This document shows positions 1 to 12,767 of a stretch of DNA of 64,000 bases, piece after piece. The stretch spans positions 310,001 to 374,000 of the forward strand of contig QPGO01000031.1 of the NCBI GenBank assembly GCA_008632985.1, written 5' to 3'. Origin of the DNA: Psammoneis japonica (Eukaryota). A program made the position numbers and the translations under genes. The first letter of the stretch is position 1, and each line of letters begins with the position of its first letter. The notes beneath the pieces were generated by a model. It saw only the letters and a program-made list of their open reading frames with translations. It was not told where the DNA came from and searched no databases.

Positions 1-677
1 ACGATTTGCAAACATCCTTTCCAAACTCCATTTACCAACTCATCCACGTCTTTGAGTAGCCCATCAAACCGCCCAGCAGTCCATCGACGAGCCAAGGGAT
101 GAGAATCCGGTATCTGGACTCGCTGGGTAAGCAGAACGCACCGCAATTGGTACCTCTGGCTATTAAAAGGCACCCACATCTCATACCACCAATAGAGAAA
201 GCTATGAGCACTGTTCAGGAAGAAAGGGGTCATATACAACCATAGAGGTACGCCACCCGGGTCCTTGACGATTTCATTCGCAGTGTACCCAAGCAGAAAC
301 GTTCGAATTGGCGTGTATATGGTAATAGTTGCAATGATGAGTGTCACAGCATATGGCTTTGTATGAGTCCACATGAAGCGGAAGTAGTCCCAGACCTGAG
401 CGAATATTCCTAAATCATGAACGTTGCGACCCCACGGCCACACATTATGTTTCGGGTGCTTGTACTCTTTGACAGAATCTTGAAACAAAACGACCGGTTG
501 ACCAGGATCCTTAGCCCATATTCGATTCGTACTCAAGCGATTCCATTCTACCATGAAACTGCGTTCTCGTTCCAGCCCCTCCCGAGCATCCTCCTTGTCT
601 TTGTTACAATCATGAAGAAAAGCACGCTCTCTCTTATAGTATTGAGCACGAATGTGCTCGTCGCTCGGCTGAAGCAT
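1..677 (-). CDS. 5' part of a membrane protein running off the window edge, possibly an ABC-transporter transmembrane-like domain
   Basis: My translation from ATG 677 is open to base 1 (MLQPSDEHIRAQYY...PIRTFLLGY...RWTAGRFDGLLKDVDELV) and has hydrophobic segments. It is absent from the ORF track because it has no stop. The family guess is weak. Confidence 0.6.
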   Translation of the reverse strand, partial: MLQPSDEHIRAQYYKRERAFLHDCNKDKEDAREGLERERSFMVEWNRLSTNRIWAKDPGQPVVLFQDSVKEYKHPKHNVWPWGRNVHDLGIFAQVWDYFRFMWTHTKPYAVTLIIATITIYTPIRTFLLGYTANEIVKDPGGVPLWLYMTPFFLNSAHSFLYWWYEMWVPFNSQRYQLRCVLLTQRVQIPDSHPLARRWTAGRFDGLLKDVDELVNGVWKGCLQI

Positions 678-1244
678 TGAATAGTCTAAAACTCGATTGG
701 TTGGATTTCGGAGCTTGTACGGCTAGCAACCGTCGTCACCCGTCATTGTTGGTTTTGTCTCAAGGGTTTTGTGCTGCGATGACACGGATTCTAAGAAAAA
801 TCAAAATAGCATTCCTAAATATTCAGCGATGTATGTTGTTTTGATTGACATGCTTCGCTGTTGGTGATGGACAGCGAACGGCGACGGACATCGCACAGAC
901 GGAAGGAATGCACCATTGGCGGGAGATCTACTCTACATAGAGTCTACGCAGCCAGCCGGCGGCCAGATAGGAATAGTAGAGAGAGGAAGCTAGAAGCTAG
1001 GCCCTCTAGATTGAATATAGAGCAGAGAAGTGAAGTGCAGTAGCTGCCTATGACCAGATGAAAGGCAAGAGTTGCACCACCCGTTGACGAGTGAACTCTT
1101 TCATCATGCCAATAGATTCCCTCAAATGAGCAAGATTGGAAACCCAAATCCCCCACTGGTTGCATGTTATGATCAATTAAGCTCGGATGAACTGCACTGA
1201 CGAGCATCGTAAAGAAGAGTTCTTAGTCTTTATATTCTCTAGAG

Positions 1245-2309
1245 TCATAAATAAGTTCTACTCGTATGTCTATATCCTACCTTCGCCTGCTTTTCATCAC
1301 CGACATAACGACATGCAGGGGCGTTAACCGCCTCCGTAACCCCATTCGAATATTGCTTGGTGTTGAACTCAAGTAGCTTCTCGAAATGGCAGTTGCGATT
1401 AAATCCTAACCATTCAACGACTTGATTCAAGTGACTTACATCCGTAGTCCAGTCGGAACTGTTCATGAGCACAGCTCGATCACCAAGAATTTCTGCGAGA
1501 AACTCCATTCTTTCATTCTCGACCTTTAGGTAATGTGCCGCCCCGTCTTGCCCGAACGCCTTACTAAAGGAATCAGCTTGCTCTGTGACATTTCCAACCT
1601 CGCACACGGAAACATTTGAGTTGTCCAGTCTACCAATCTACTGATATTCTTTTTTGCGACATTGTTTAGAAACCTGACCGTTTTGAAACCAACGATAGTA
1701 TCGCTATCGTCCTCTACGAGTTCTCCTGCTTCATCTAGAATGGGAGGATTAATGGTTTCAATCATCTTCTGAGCAACACAAGCATAGGCTCCCTCTGGCA
1801 CGGGTGCATGTCCCCACGGTGCCTTTCTAGGCCCTAGAAGTGTCCTTCTGAAACGCGGGGTGGCTCTGAATGTTGTCCATCATTGTGTGAATCATTTTCA
1901 GTTCGTCGTTGTTTTCGCCAGCCATGCGGACTCCAGGTAAGCTGTCGAGCATGTATGTGAGCGTGGTTGACGCAGAACGGGGTGTGGCCAAGATCACCAA
2001 GAAGCGCCGTTTACATGGTTTGCACAAAGCACTGTTGTGGCATGTTGCAGAAGGACACCATTCAGATTTGGCATAGTCAGTGACACTTGTCGTCACGACC
2101 TTTCCCATTACACCATCTTTAGTTTGGATCTTTGATGACAAGGTGTGCTTGATGTTGCCTTGAGGTCCTTCCTTCAAGGAAAGATGAAGGCTCAGTCCCG
2201 CGATTGCGACAGCCAGAAAAGACGCGAGAAAGAGGACGAGAGTCACACCTTTGCTGCCACTCCCGTCACTCCTTGGACTTGACGCTTTCACACCATGCCT
2301 CGCAGCCAT
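1245..2309 (-). pseudogene. Frameshifted sulfotransferase-like (P-loop) gene, paralog of 11247-12251
   Basis: Three ORF pieces (1827-2309, 1526-1801, 1245-1607) align collinearly with the 334-aa ORF (ATPRSASTTL, GFKTVRF, LLEFNT). There is a 7-bp insertion at ~1830 and a short deletion at ~1600. Confidence 0.85.
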
Positions 2310-2879
2310 AGTCAGGCCGTTATCTTTGGGTCTTCATCAGTTTATCGGTTTCAAGTTTGAACTGTACAACGAACAACAACGACATCAAATTTCTGAATCT
2401 GAGATTTTGGATTTGGAGAGATTTGAATCATCATCCCTGCGCGCGCCTGCTCGTCGCTCGTCTTTCGGCATGTTGCGCGACGGCCAGAATGTGTGCCCCA
2501 GCTTCAGAGTTTTTGTTTCAGTTTCGACTCCATTGTGCAGCGCCCAGCACTGCCACATGCTCAGCTCTAGCTAGAGTGCCTGCTGCCAGCTAGAGGCTGG
2601 TTACAGCAGTGGTGAGAGCTGCCCACTGTGCAGCTCTGGGCAGCAGCAGGGCATGGCAAGCTGCGCTCATCGTTGGGGCCATTCAGGAGCGAAAAAACTT
2701 GGAGTGTCGTGCTGCATGCTTTGAGAGGAGAACAATGCTTTTCCACAGTCATTTTGTCCAGGGAAGCCGGTGCTGTCTTTTGTCCTTTTTCACTCTTTCA
2801 TGTGGTGATTGCATGAGCAACAGGTGTGCAGCAAAATTGATGAAAAGACTCAAATCATCTTTTGCTCTGGTGCCTCTCT

Positions 2880-4200
2880 CATTGCCGGCACATCGGCAGC
2901 CTGGGTCATCATGCAGCATTTCAGTGATCCCATTTGAGCATTGATTTGTGTTGAGCTCAAGCAGCTCCTTAAAACAACATTGCCAACTGAACCCCAGCCT
3001 GCCAATCAAATGGTTTGGCTGACTGCATGCAATGCACAGCTGCCAACAAGAGTTGGTGCATCACGGCGACGTGTCACAGCCTTTAAATGTCACAAAGGGC
3101 GTGACAAAAATGACCTTTTGTCTGCATGCATGCTGCATCATGAATTCACAGCGGAGTGGTTCATCGCAACCATTGGGCAGGAGGCCAGGGGTTCGAAACC
3201 CTGAGTGGGAGTTGTCTGCAGCAACGTTGATCACTGTCGAACGCGCAAAACTCTGTGCAGTTCTGCATGTTCCTTCGTGCGCACCCACACTGTTCTGCCA
3301 AAACCGTGCAGTGTCAGCACACGTTAGAGTAAAGAGCCGTGTGGACGCGTGACACATGGGGAGGAGTGCAACACACAGCTGCTGACAAGAGTTGATGTGT
3401 CACGGCGACGTGTTGCAGCCTTTAAATGTCACAAAGGGCATGACAAAAATGACCTTTTGTCTGCATGCATGCTGCGCGCAGTGCTGGTTAACCAACTGGA
3501 GCTGGCCACTTGACAGCGAAGCTCTGTCATTGATGGGTTCTTTGAGAATTTCCATTTTCTGGTTGAGAAACATCAGAAATTCAAATCTCCAATCAACAAC
3601 TTTGCACAAAATGTTCTCAGAGGCAGATTGTTCTGCCACACTGCCCTGGATGTTGATGACAAATTGCCCACATGGAAAAAAATTCCGCACAGCCCAAGAA
3701 TCTGCCGCGTTTTGCTGACACCTTTGACCTGCACATCAAGAAAGCAGGTCATTTTAAAAGTGACAATCATGTCAGTGTTGTTTTCTACAGCTGCACCTGC
3801 TTTTGTAAATTCAGGAGGATCAACAGTTTTGACCACACTTTGCACAACGCGGCCATCATCATGTGCCCCATCCGGGGCTGCAGCACTCCCCTGCACACTT
3901 CTTTTTGATGCCTGATCCTTGAAAGCATGATGTCCCACAAATGTTGTCAATCATTCTTTGGATGGCTCTTTGAGTTGGTCATTGTTTGCACAACCACTGT
4001 GCGCATTCCGGGCAAGAAACTGTCAAGCACACATGTGAGAGTGGTTGATGCAGAATGACCTGTTGCCAAGACAATCAAGAACCATTGACAACATGGTTTG
4101 CAAAGAGCACTGTCAAGGTGTGACACATTGGGGCATCATGCAAAATGAGTGCAATCTGCAGCACTCCTGGCTGTGCTTTTGCAGGGCAAAGGCTCAGTCA
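2880..4200 (-). pseudogene. Hypermutated third copy of the sulfotransferase-like gene, interrupted by a TRIM
   Basis: Nucleotides align to 11250-12090, e.g. ctcaagcagctccttaaaacaacattgccaactg vs ttcgagtagctccttaaaataacattgccgactg. Remnant peptides CCFKELLELNTN and FFPCGQFVINIQG. Confidence 0.85.
3028..3476 (+). mobile_element. TRIM-like miniature LTR element: 110-bp direct repeats, polypurine tract, tRNA-like internal segment
   Basis: Direct repeats at 3028-3137 and 3367-3476. GGGGAGGAG lies immediately before the second repeat. The flanks tgca/cgca may be a 4-bp TSD. The host pseudogene resumes after it. Confidence 0.7.
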
Positions 4201-4619
4201 TGTCATTTTTTTCTGTGAATGGTTGAAGATGAGTTGCTGCCCTGAGACAGCTCCTGCAAGTGAAAATTCATCAACAAAATGAACAAAGTGGGTGCACCAA
4301 AAATGAGTGTCATGAAGGTGACACATTTTCTGCAGCCAGCACATGTTTTCCTCATTTGAAAACTTTTCAGTTGTGAAGCAATTCTCTCCTGTGAATGTGT
4401 GAATGTTCCTTGTCAAATGTCTGCTGTGGATGACCTGAGTGGCTTTGTTTTGGGACAAGGCTTCTCCAATTCAAGATGATGATGCTGTGCAAATGCAGCC
4501 TGCTGGGGGTGTTGCACATCCCATGTCCACATGATGCAGGCCCTGCAAACATGTTCATTGCCCCCCACCATTTGCAGCAAGAGTGCAGTTTTTTTGTTCC
4601 CCCACTGTGGCCTGCCACC

Positions 4620-7600
4620 TCTTAGAGCAGAAGGAGCATGCACACCTGGAAGCCACAAAGAAAGCAATGGGAGCTGACGTGAGTCCAGTCTGGAGTCCAC
4701 AACCAAGGAATTTGATGAGACACATTCATGGCAAGATGATGCCCAAGATGGGTGCATGTGGGCTGCAGCCTGCAGCTGAGAATGAAACTTAGAACAAAAA
4801 CAACAAGAATCTTCTTGAGGTTGGAGCTGGTAAAAAAACAAGATTGGCAGGGTGAACAAGCAAGAAAGACAACTTGGAGGACTGGCTCACTCCAAAACAG
4901 TTGTTGATTTAAAACCCACTGCAACATGGTGATCCTCCCCACAGGAGATTTGTGATTTTACAAATTCAAATCCAGAGGATTCAGATGCAGTTGTTCCATC
5001 ACAATTGTTTTGGAACACCACCAACAAAACCATGGGAGAATGTGGGGTGGCAGTCAGCCACCCAGGGCATCATGTGTGGCTCCAAAGCCAAGTGAATGAG
5101 ACCAGCAGCAGCTTGATGAAGCCATTCAAGAACAAGAGTGGACTCAAGAAGGGACCACAGAGGACAAAAAGCAAGTTCAAGGGATGTGGAGGAGTGCTGT
5201 GGGACTTCACATGTTACAAAAGAGGAAGCCAACAGCAGCAAGCTGAGGCCTGCCTTTGCAAAACCAACTCAAGAAATCACTGCCAGAGCTGCACAGGACA
5301 ACACTTGGACTTTGGCAATTGTGTGAAAGCGACCATTGAACAACTCAAAAAGTTGACTTTGCCTGCAGCCCCAGTGAAAAACAAGATTGGGCTGGTGAAT
5401 GAAACAGATCAAAAGCCATCCACCAGGGCTGAAGAAATCAAGAGAGTTGTGCAAGAATGAAACAAAAGTGACAACAAAATGCAAAGAAGATGTGCACACT
5501 GATTTGGGGTCTTCAATGCAGCAACACAATGAGGTTGTTGGTGGAAGCCAATGATGATGACTGCGCCAGTGCTGTGAAAGAATTCAAGAATGTTGAGTGG
5601 CTGAAGACAATCAGATCAGTCATCACCTCCATGGTTGCAATGATGAGAAGATTGCAGTGCACATGAAGTGATGGGGAGTTTTTTGCCCACCAAGGGCATT
5701 TTGACTTGACTTGGTGCAAAACACTCCATGCATCAACCAATGCAACAACACTCATCAGCACAGCCATCATCAATCATCACAAGGCACTTCAAAAGGAAAA
5801 CTTGCACCACAAGGGAGATTGCACCAGAATTGGCATTGATTTCCAAGAGCAAGACAGCTCAAGCAGAGGCCAGGGAGGAATGCCTGGTGGCAGCATTTGT
5901 TCTAAAAAGTCAGCTGACAATGATGCAGCAAGCTGGACCTTGATGAATGACCAACTCACAGGAACCAACAACAACAACAACAACAACAGATGACCCAAAA
6001 CAATGGCACATGCACATGCAGAGCATGCTTTCCAGCTGGCAGGACAAGGTGAAGATGCCACAACTGGGCCCTGCTGGGGGCACAATGGTGCTGCATTCTT
6101 TGGCATCAGTGGGGACCCAAAAAAGAGTGGTGGAGGAAAGTCAGCAGAGCATGTTGCCTGTTTTGAGTGTGAAAAAAGGGACACTGTGCTTCAGGCTGCC
6201 CTGGGCTGTGTGGGTGGTCAAACAATTCATCAGACCAAGAGTGTTTCAATGCCATGACAAAGTCTCACCATGCCAACAGGAGGTGGCCAACTTTGTGCAT
6301 GTCATTGAGAGCAAAGAGCTGGATGACACCAAAGATGTGTCACTCCAGTTTTGCATTGCAACTGTGGGTTGTGGGTGGAGCAAACAAAAATGAAGCTTGT
6401 CACAGGTGCATCCAGCACAAGCAACTGGAAGGAACTGTGGACACCCCAATTGCTGCCCACTGCACAGTCAGTCTGCCTGCAATGTTTTTGTCAGTGGAGA
6501 CATGCCAAAGTTCACTCAGGAATCAGACAAGGTCTCAAATGGAAACACTGTGTGACCTGCAACAGTCACAGATCAAACTCTTTTGTTGCGCACAAGAGGA
6601 GTGGCAGCACTTGACAATTGAAGCAGCTGCCAACATTGCTGTGCTGTTGTGACACCAACCTAGAGCAGCAGCCAGCACCTTCAGTGCCAGCACTCCTCAT
6701 GAATGTTGTGGCTGAGAACAAGGCCAAGTGCTCAGCTTGAGACTTCAAGCAAGCACAGCTTGCAAGGATGATCCAGAAGACCATCAGGAGGCCAAGCAGC
6801 ATGAGGCAGTTCATTGAGATCATGCACAATGACAAGATTTTGAATTGCCTGACAACAGCACAAGATGGAACAGCTGTGGGGCACATCTGCAAACAAAATG
6901 TTGGGGTGTGATCAAAGAAGGCAAGACAATGAACAAGCAGTTGCCACAAGTGCAAGGTGCTGGAGCTTTTGGCATGTGCCAGCACAAGCAACAGGCTGTG
7001 CCAAGTCACATTCCTGTTTGGTGACAAAGATCAATGGCCTGCTGGTCATCATGGTCACAATGTTGCATCACATCAGGCTCAGAATGACCCAGCTTGTTTC
7101 TGACTGGAGGATCAACACACTGCTCAAGTGCACCAACCAATTGTGCAAAAGACGTGCAGGCAAGAAAGAGGATTTGACATCACTGTGGCCCACATGGATG
7201 GCCAATTTGAGGCGGCCATGCATGCAGGCCTGGCCATGGTGGGGATCACCCTCAAGGAAGGCTGCATTGCCTGAAGAGCATCTTGCAGAAGTGGAGCACC
7301 ATGTCTGGACAATCAAGGGCAGGTGTGCTCAGAGTGCAGTGCACTGGCTGTTGATCAAAATGGCACACTGGGGGCAGCATTCTGGCTGAACTGCTTCACA
7401 CAGCAAATGACGGGATTTTGGACAAAAATGCAGTTCTCAGGCCATTGTCATCTTGAGTTTGGACAACATGTGCAGCTGCATGAAGAGCATGATGACAGTC
7501 TGGTGAGCTGGCAATGACTGCACTGTGCCCCCAACTGGCAATGAGCAAGGCACGCACATTTGTGAGCCTGCCCATGGGCTCCCACATCAACAGGAAGCCC

Positions 7601-9660
7601 CAGGCATGGACAACCCTGTCAATGCCTGACACTGCAGTTCATTGGGTGCACCGTGTTGCCAGATGCAACAAGACCAAAAACAGCATCACTTTCCATGGCA
7701 AATCAGGCAACCTCCTCAACAATGCAAATTCTGAAAAAAAGATGAGCATCAGGAGGATTCAAACTCACAGCCATTACTTCCAGAGGATGTTGAAGATGAC
7801 AACTCCATTTGTGGGTCAGCTGACAATGACCATGATGGCAAAACTCCAGACATTTCTCTGGACCACCCACACAGTCATGGCATGCATGGCCACCAAGACC
7901 CTGGTCAATCCACAAGACACCCCCAAAAAATGGACTTGGTGCAGGAGTGGACCCACCAAGACACCAGCAAGACTGCAGGAATGGACCACAACAATGATGC
8001 CCATGATGAAAGCACAGGAATGGAAGACAGTCAAGACCAGATGCTCTGGATGATGTCAGGGAACAAGCCACGGCTGATGCTGACATTGCTCAAGAATGTG
8101 CCACAGATGCCAGCAACAGCAAGCCAGATGACAACAATGCAATTAAGAAGGGCATGGACAAGAAGCATGGTGAGAGAACCAGATCATGCTGCCTGCACCA
8201 ATGGAAGCCAAGTCATGCAACTGCCTTCACTTGGATCTCCTCAATGTTGGCTGCACACAGGGCCCAATGAAGAAGTTCCTCAAGGTGTTTGGCTCAAAGA
8301 GCGGGGGGCAGTCATGAGGAAAGAAGCAGAGCAACTGGAGGTCATGAATGTCCCAAAGGCTGTGAATGCTGACATGTTGACTGCATGATGCAAGAAGAGA
8401 AAGGAGCTGTGACATCTCATGTTTCTCAAACAAATGTTGTGGTCTGATCAAGGGACGGGGATGTGTCAATGTGCTGCATCCTCAAGAAGATCTGCACATC
8501 ATGCAAGGAAAACACATCCACCCCATCAACCATGCACACTGGCACAAATGAAGGAGGGACATGGCAACAGCAGATTTGCCAGGGTTCTTCAGGCAAACTG
8601 ACCAAGAAGGTGACATGCACCTTCATCCAAAAGGCACCATGATGCAGCTCAATCATGAAAAATGCACCAAACACATGGCACACAAGAAAGAACAAAGGAA
8701 AGTGCTGTGTCCACAGCTCTTGAAGGCCCCACATGATGGAAATGGTGATGGGGGAACACTGGCATGGAAGAAACTGCCCAGGATCCTCAAGAGCTGGGGA
8801 TTTGCCTTCTCATTGACAAGAAACAGCGCGCCATTCTTTGGCATGTGGGTGACCCAAAACTGTCCCATGTTCAACCAGAGGTGGTGACCAGCATCAGCAA
8901 GAGTCTCAAGTGCAAATGCACAATGCACTTTGGGCTCACTGTCACTTGGGGAACCTGCACAAACACCTTGGAGTGATGATCAACTGCAGTGACAAAAGAA
9001 AAGTGAAGTTGAGTGTGCTCCAATGCACCAACAATGTGTCAGAATGATGAGAGCACCATTGCGCTGGCAAAGAATGGTCAGATGTTCAGCACCAAGCATG
9101 CCAAGCTCATTGATGTTTGGTGATTTTCATGACTTCAAGGGTGACTTAACAGTCAGGGGCTGTCCAACCAAGGCACACTTGCCAATCATTCCATGAAACC
9201 ACTGAGGGGATTGCTGCTCATGAAGGTCAAAACCAAATCACAAGTGAGAACAACAATGCCCCATTTGAAGACACAGGCTGCTGCAGGAGTGTGTTGGGGT
9301 GCAAGGAGTGTGCACACCTGGAGGCCACAAAAAAAGCAATGGGAGGCATGGCAGAGCCAGCCCAGTGTCCACAACCAAAGAGTTGGGTGAGACACACTCA
9401 AGAAGAAGCAATGCTGAATGTGGCACAACATGTGGAGCTGCAGCTGGAACTGAAAACAAAAACAAAAGCAGCAAGAGTGCTCTTGGCATCAGGCAAAATG
9501 GCAAGATTGGCGAGGTGAGCAAGTGAGAAAGGTTGGTGGAATCAGCTCACTTCAAACAGCTGTTGATTTTGCCCCCCTTCAAAACACACTGATTCTCTCA
9601 ATGGGAGATTTGTGATTTTATGGATCAAAACCCAAAGAGTGGGTGTCATTGTTTCATTGG
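4620..9660 (+). mobile_element. Degenerate Ty1/copia (diatom CoDi-like) LTR retrotransposon
   Basis: Diverged direct repeats at ~4620-4980 and ~9292-9640, the latter preceded by caggagtg|tgttg. Integrase remnants EHLAEVEHHVWTIKGRC and HCHLEFGQHVQLHEEHD. RT remnants ATADLPGFF and AILWHVGDPKLSHV (cf. WHVDDLKISH). Order is IN then RT. Confidence 0.85.
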
Positions 9661-11100
9661 CCATGGATCAAACATTCATTTGTGAGTGGGCAACAAGTGA
9701 CACAAGGCATTTTTCTTGCCTGTTGTCACTGTCTGTCTGCTGAGAGCCAAAAGAGCTGTCATCGTCACACACACCATTGCCTGCACTGAGTCACTGATGA
9801 CAAGGCAAAGGCAGTGACATGTGAAAAGGTCCAGCAATCTGCTGGTTCAAGAGCAACAGGCAGTCTTGACAATGATCTGAAGTTGGAAAAAGTCTTCAAG
9901 GTGCCGCTCAGTGTTGACCAATGATCAACACAAAAGAGACATGTTGCAGCCAGCTGGCACTCTCCCCTTTGTGGGACAGGCTCTAACCCAGCTGTGTTGC
10001 AGAAACTCTGGACCAAAATCTGAAAAGGAAAAAAACACACAAGTCAGCCCAAAGCCAATCCCAAGCCAAGCACTGCTGGGAAGAAACATCAGCAGCTTGT
10101 GTTGCTTGCTCATCAAGAGGGGCAGGGGAGAGGAGCACTCTCTTTTGCTTCTGCTGTCCTGGTCACCTGCAAGCAGGCACACACATTTTCTGCTCATGTT
10201 GCTGGATTTGCTCTTGCTGCAATCTTGCATGCATTTGTGAATGTGATGACACTTCCCATCAGTTTGCCATCTTCTTGCTGCACTTTCTCTCTCTCTCTCT
10301 GCCTTGTGCATCTCTTTTTCACACATCTGGGCCAAGTGCCAGTGGGCAGCAGGCTCCAACACTTGAATTCATTGTCCACTGGAATGTCCACAAAGAGTTG
10401 CAGGACAAGTTAAAGTGCTTTGATCTGGGTGAAGTAGAGAGAAAAGACAAGTTTGACAAAAAAGGAGAAAGAGCTTGCCTGGGTTTCTGCCCTCATTCCT
10501 CATTTGAGAGGTGGCTGAGCACCCCCCAACAGCATTTCATTTCTCTTGGTTTCTCTGATGCAGTGCTGCCCTTTCCAGGAAAAGACACTTTTTGCTGCAC
10601 CACTTCCATGATGAACAAGTTTCTGCAGGTTTGCCACCCACCATGTCATTTTGAGGGCTGTGAGGGAACCACCCTTCTGCCTCTGCACTCTGCGCATGTC
10701 ACGCAGCAACACACAGCATGCTGCTGCTGCACCTCATTCAATGTTGCATGACTGGCAACTGTCACATGACATCATGCAACAGCCAGCCATGAATGTAAAG
10801 ACAATTGGCAGCAAAATGCTGGTGTGTTTGCATTGAAAGCTCTACTTGACCTTTGAGCATTGTGCACCCACAAACAAATGTTGCATCTCTCTGTCATGCT
10901 GCACACACCAGCCAAGGCTGCACCCTCCTCCTCCTCCTCCAAACCCACACAATGGAAGCAGCCATTCTTGCCTTGTGACACACCTGCAGCACTCCTCCCC
11001 CCAGGCTAATCTCTGGATGTGCTTGCATTCACAGATCACAGCCACAAGAAGGATCCCTGGTTAGTGCGTGCTGCAGGCAGATTTTTCATGTGCCAGCTCT
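9660..11100. other. TpA/CpG-depleted degenerate sequence, possibly an older retroelement (continuing at 4240-4620) into which the copia inserted
   Basis: Same composition as the neighbouring copia, with only faint pol-like peptide traces on the minus strand. Confidence 0.3.
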
Positions 11101-11246
11101 TTTTCGTTGATGTAGTAGCATTGTCGTAATCTAAGTCCAAGAACGAAGCTGGCATATTTTTTTGTTCCTCTTCTACTGCTTCATTGTGATTACTTGATAA
11201 ATGGAAAACACTTGGATGAAAAGAATGAGTAGTTTTCTAGCTTTGT

Positions 11247-12251
11247 TTATCCAACGTATCGGCAGTCTGGATCATGATGCAGTTCAGTGACCCCATGTGC
11301 ATATCGATTTGTGTTGAATTCGAGTAGCTCCTTAAAATAACATTGCCGACTGAACCCCAACCAATCAATTAAATGGTTTAACTGACTGGCATTCTTCAAC
11401 CAATTGGAACTATTTAATAGCAAAGCTCTGTCGCCGAGGAGGTCGGCGAGAGTTTCCATTTTCTCGTTGAGAAATGTTAGTAATTCTTCACTTCCCCGTT
11501 TGATGCGTTTGAACGATTTCTTCTGCGAGACAGATTGTTCTGTCACATTACCCCGGATATTAATGACGAATCGTGCACATGGAAACATTTCTACAATCCA
11601 GTCTGCCATTTCGCCAATATCCTTTCCCCGCACATCATTAAGAAAGCGGATCGTTTTAAAGCCAACAATCGTGTCGGCGTCTTCTTCCATGATGGCGCCT
11701 GCTTTCGTGAGATTAGGAGGATTGATAGTTTCCATCATACTCTGTGCAACACAGCTATATGCCCCCTCTGGGACTGGAGCATGTCCCCACGCATTTCTTC
11801 TCGATGCCGCTCGCTTAAAATTTTTATTCTTCCGAATGTTGTCAATCATTTTTCGGATGGCTTTTAGTTGGTCATTGTTTTCGCCCGCCATACGTACTCC
11901 AGGCAAACTGTCAAGCATATATGTGAGAGTGGTTGATGCGGAACGACCTGTCGCCAGGATAATTAAGAATCGTCTTCGACATGGTCTGCACAGAGCACTA
12001 TCGAGGCATGATGTATCGGGGCACCACGCGGAATGAGCGTAATCTGTGACATTCCTGTCTGCGCTTCTTCCGGGTAAAGGCTCCATCACCGTTGAAGTTC
12101 TATTTTTTGTACGAATGGTCGATGCTGAGCTACTACCCTGATGCAGTCCCCGTAAGTAAACATTCATTGACAATCCAAACAACGTGGATACGGTCAGAAC
12201 GGGTACCACGATGGCGAGGCATGTTCTGTAACCAGTGCTTGTTTTCCTCAT
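11247..12251 (-). CDS. Type II membrane sulfotransferase-like P-loop protein (intact copy)
   Basis: 334-aa ORF with an N-terminal TM helix, ATGRSASTTL (PAPS-binding-loop-like), GFKTIRF and ARFVINIR. Normal Tyr and TpA content. Confidence 0.8.
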   Translation of the reverse strand: MRKTSTGYRTCLAIVVPVLTVSTLFGLSMNVYLRGLHQGSSSASTIRTKNRTSTVMEPLPGRSADRNVTDYAHSAWCPDTSCLDSALCRPCRRRFLIILATGRSASTTLTYMLDSLPGVRMAGENNDQLKAIRKMIDNIRKNKNFKRAASRRNAWGHAPVPEGAYSCVAQSMMETINPPNLTKAGAIMEEDADTIVGFKTIRFLNDVRGKDIGEMADWIVEMFPCARFVINIRGNVTEQSVSQKKSFKRIKRGSEELLTFLNEKMETLADLLGDRALLLNSSNWLKNASQLNHLIDWLGFSRQCYFKELLEFNTNRYAHGVTELHHDPDCRYVG

Positions 12252-12767
12252 TAGACTTTCTAGTTTCAGCGGTAATTTCTTTCGTTCTCTTTCGAGGTTG
12301 TGACCGGCCTTTATCCGTTTGGGCCTTGTCGAGGTGGTCAGTTGTCAGTACCGTAGGCCCCTTGTTCTTTTCGGGCTTGATTTGCTTCCTTCTGAGTGAT
12401 TTTGTGAGACGAGCGTTGGAATGTTTCATACGTCCTTCATGTACGTAGGTTTTAGTTTCATGCGTTGACATAATTTCGGTCCCGCCTGTCCGTATGTACG
12501 GTAGTGTCCGCGAGGGATTTTTCATTTTTCGATTTTTTCAAGACACATCATAAATCATAGCCTTACCTCATAGGTACCGGTAGCACAGGTGACACAGCGG
12601 GAGATAGACGAGATAGATCGAAGGTGACATGTTACAGTACGTCCGGTGGGCACTCGGCACTCGGCATCCATTGAAGAACCGACCTAAGCCCTAAGCGAGA
12701 GATTGGCTCTCGTCTTTCTTGCTCCTGATCCCAAGGACTCGAGTTCACGCTTCACATGTAACAAAGC

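Noticed and set aside
3148..3210. Functional tRNA gene
   Set aside because: Only A/B-box-like arms are visible, with no convincing acceptor or anticodon stems, and it lies inside a mutated insertion.
2600..11100. Dozens of 60-180 aa ORFs in all six frames, here and at 20.8-23.2, 43.8-46 and 49.2-61 kb
   Set aside because: They are Tyr-free, His/Cys-rich by-products of TAA/TAG loss in decayed repeats, not genes.
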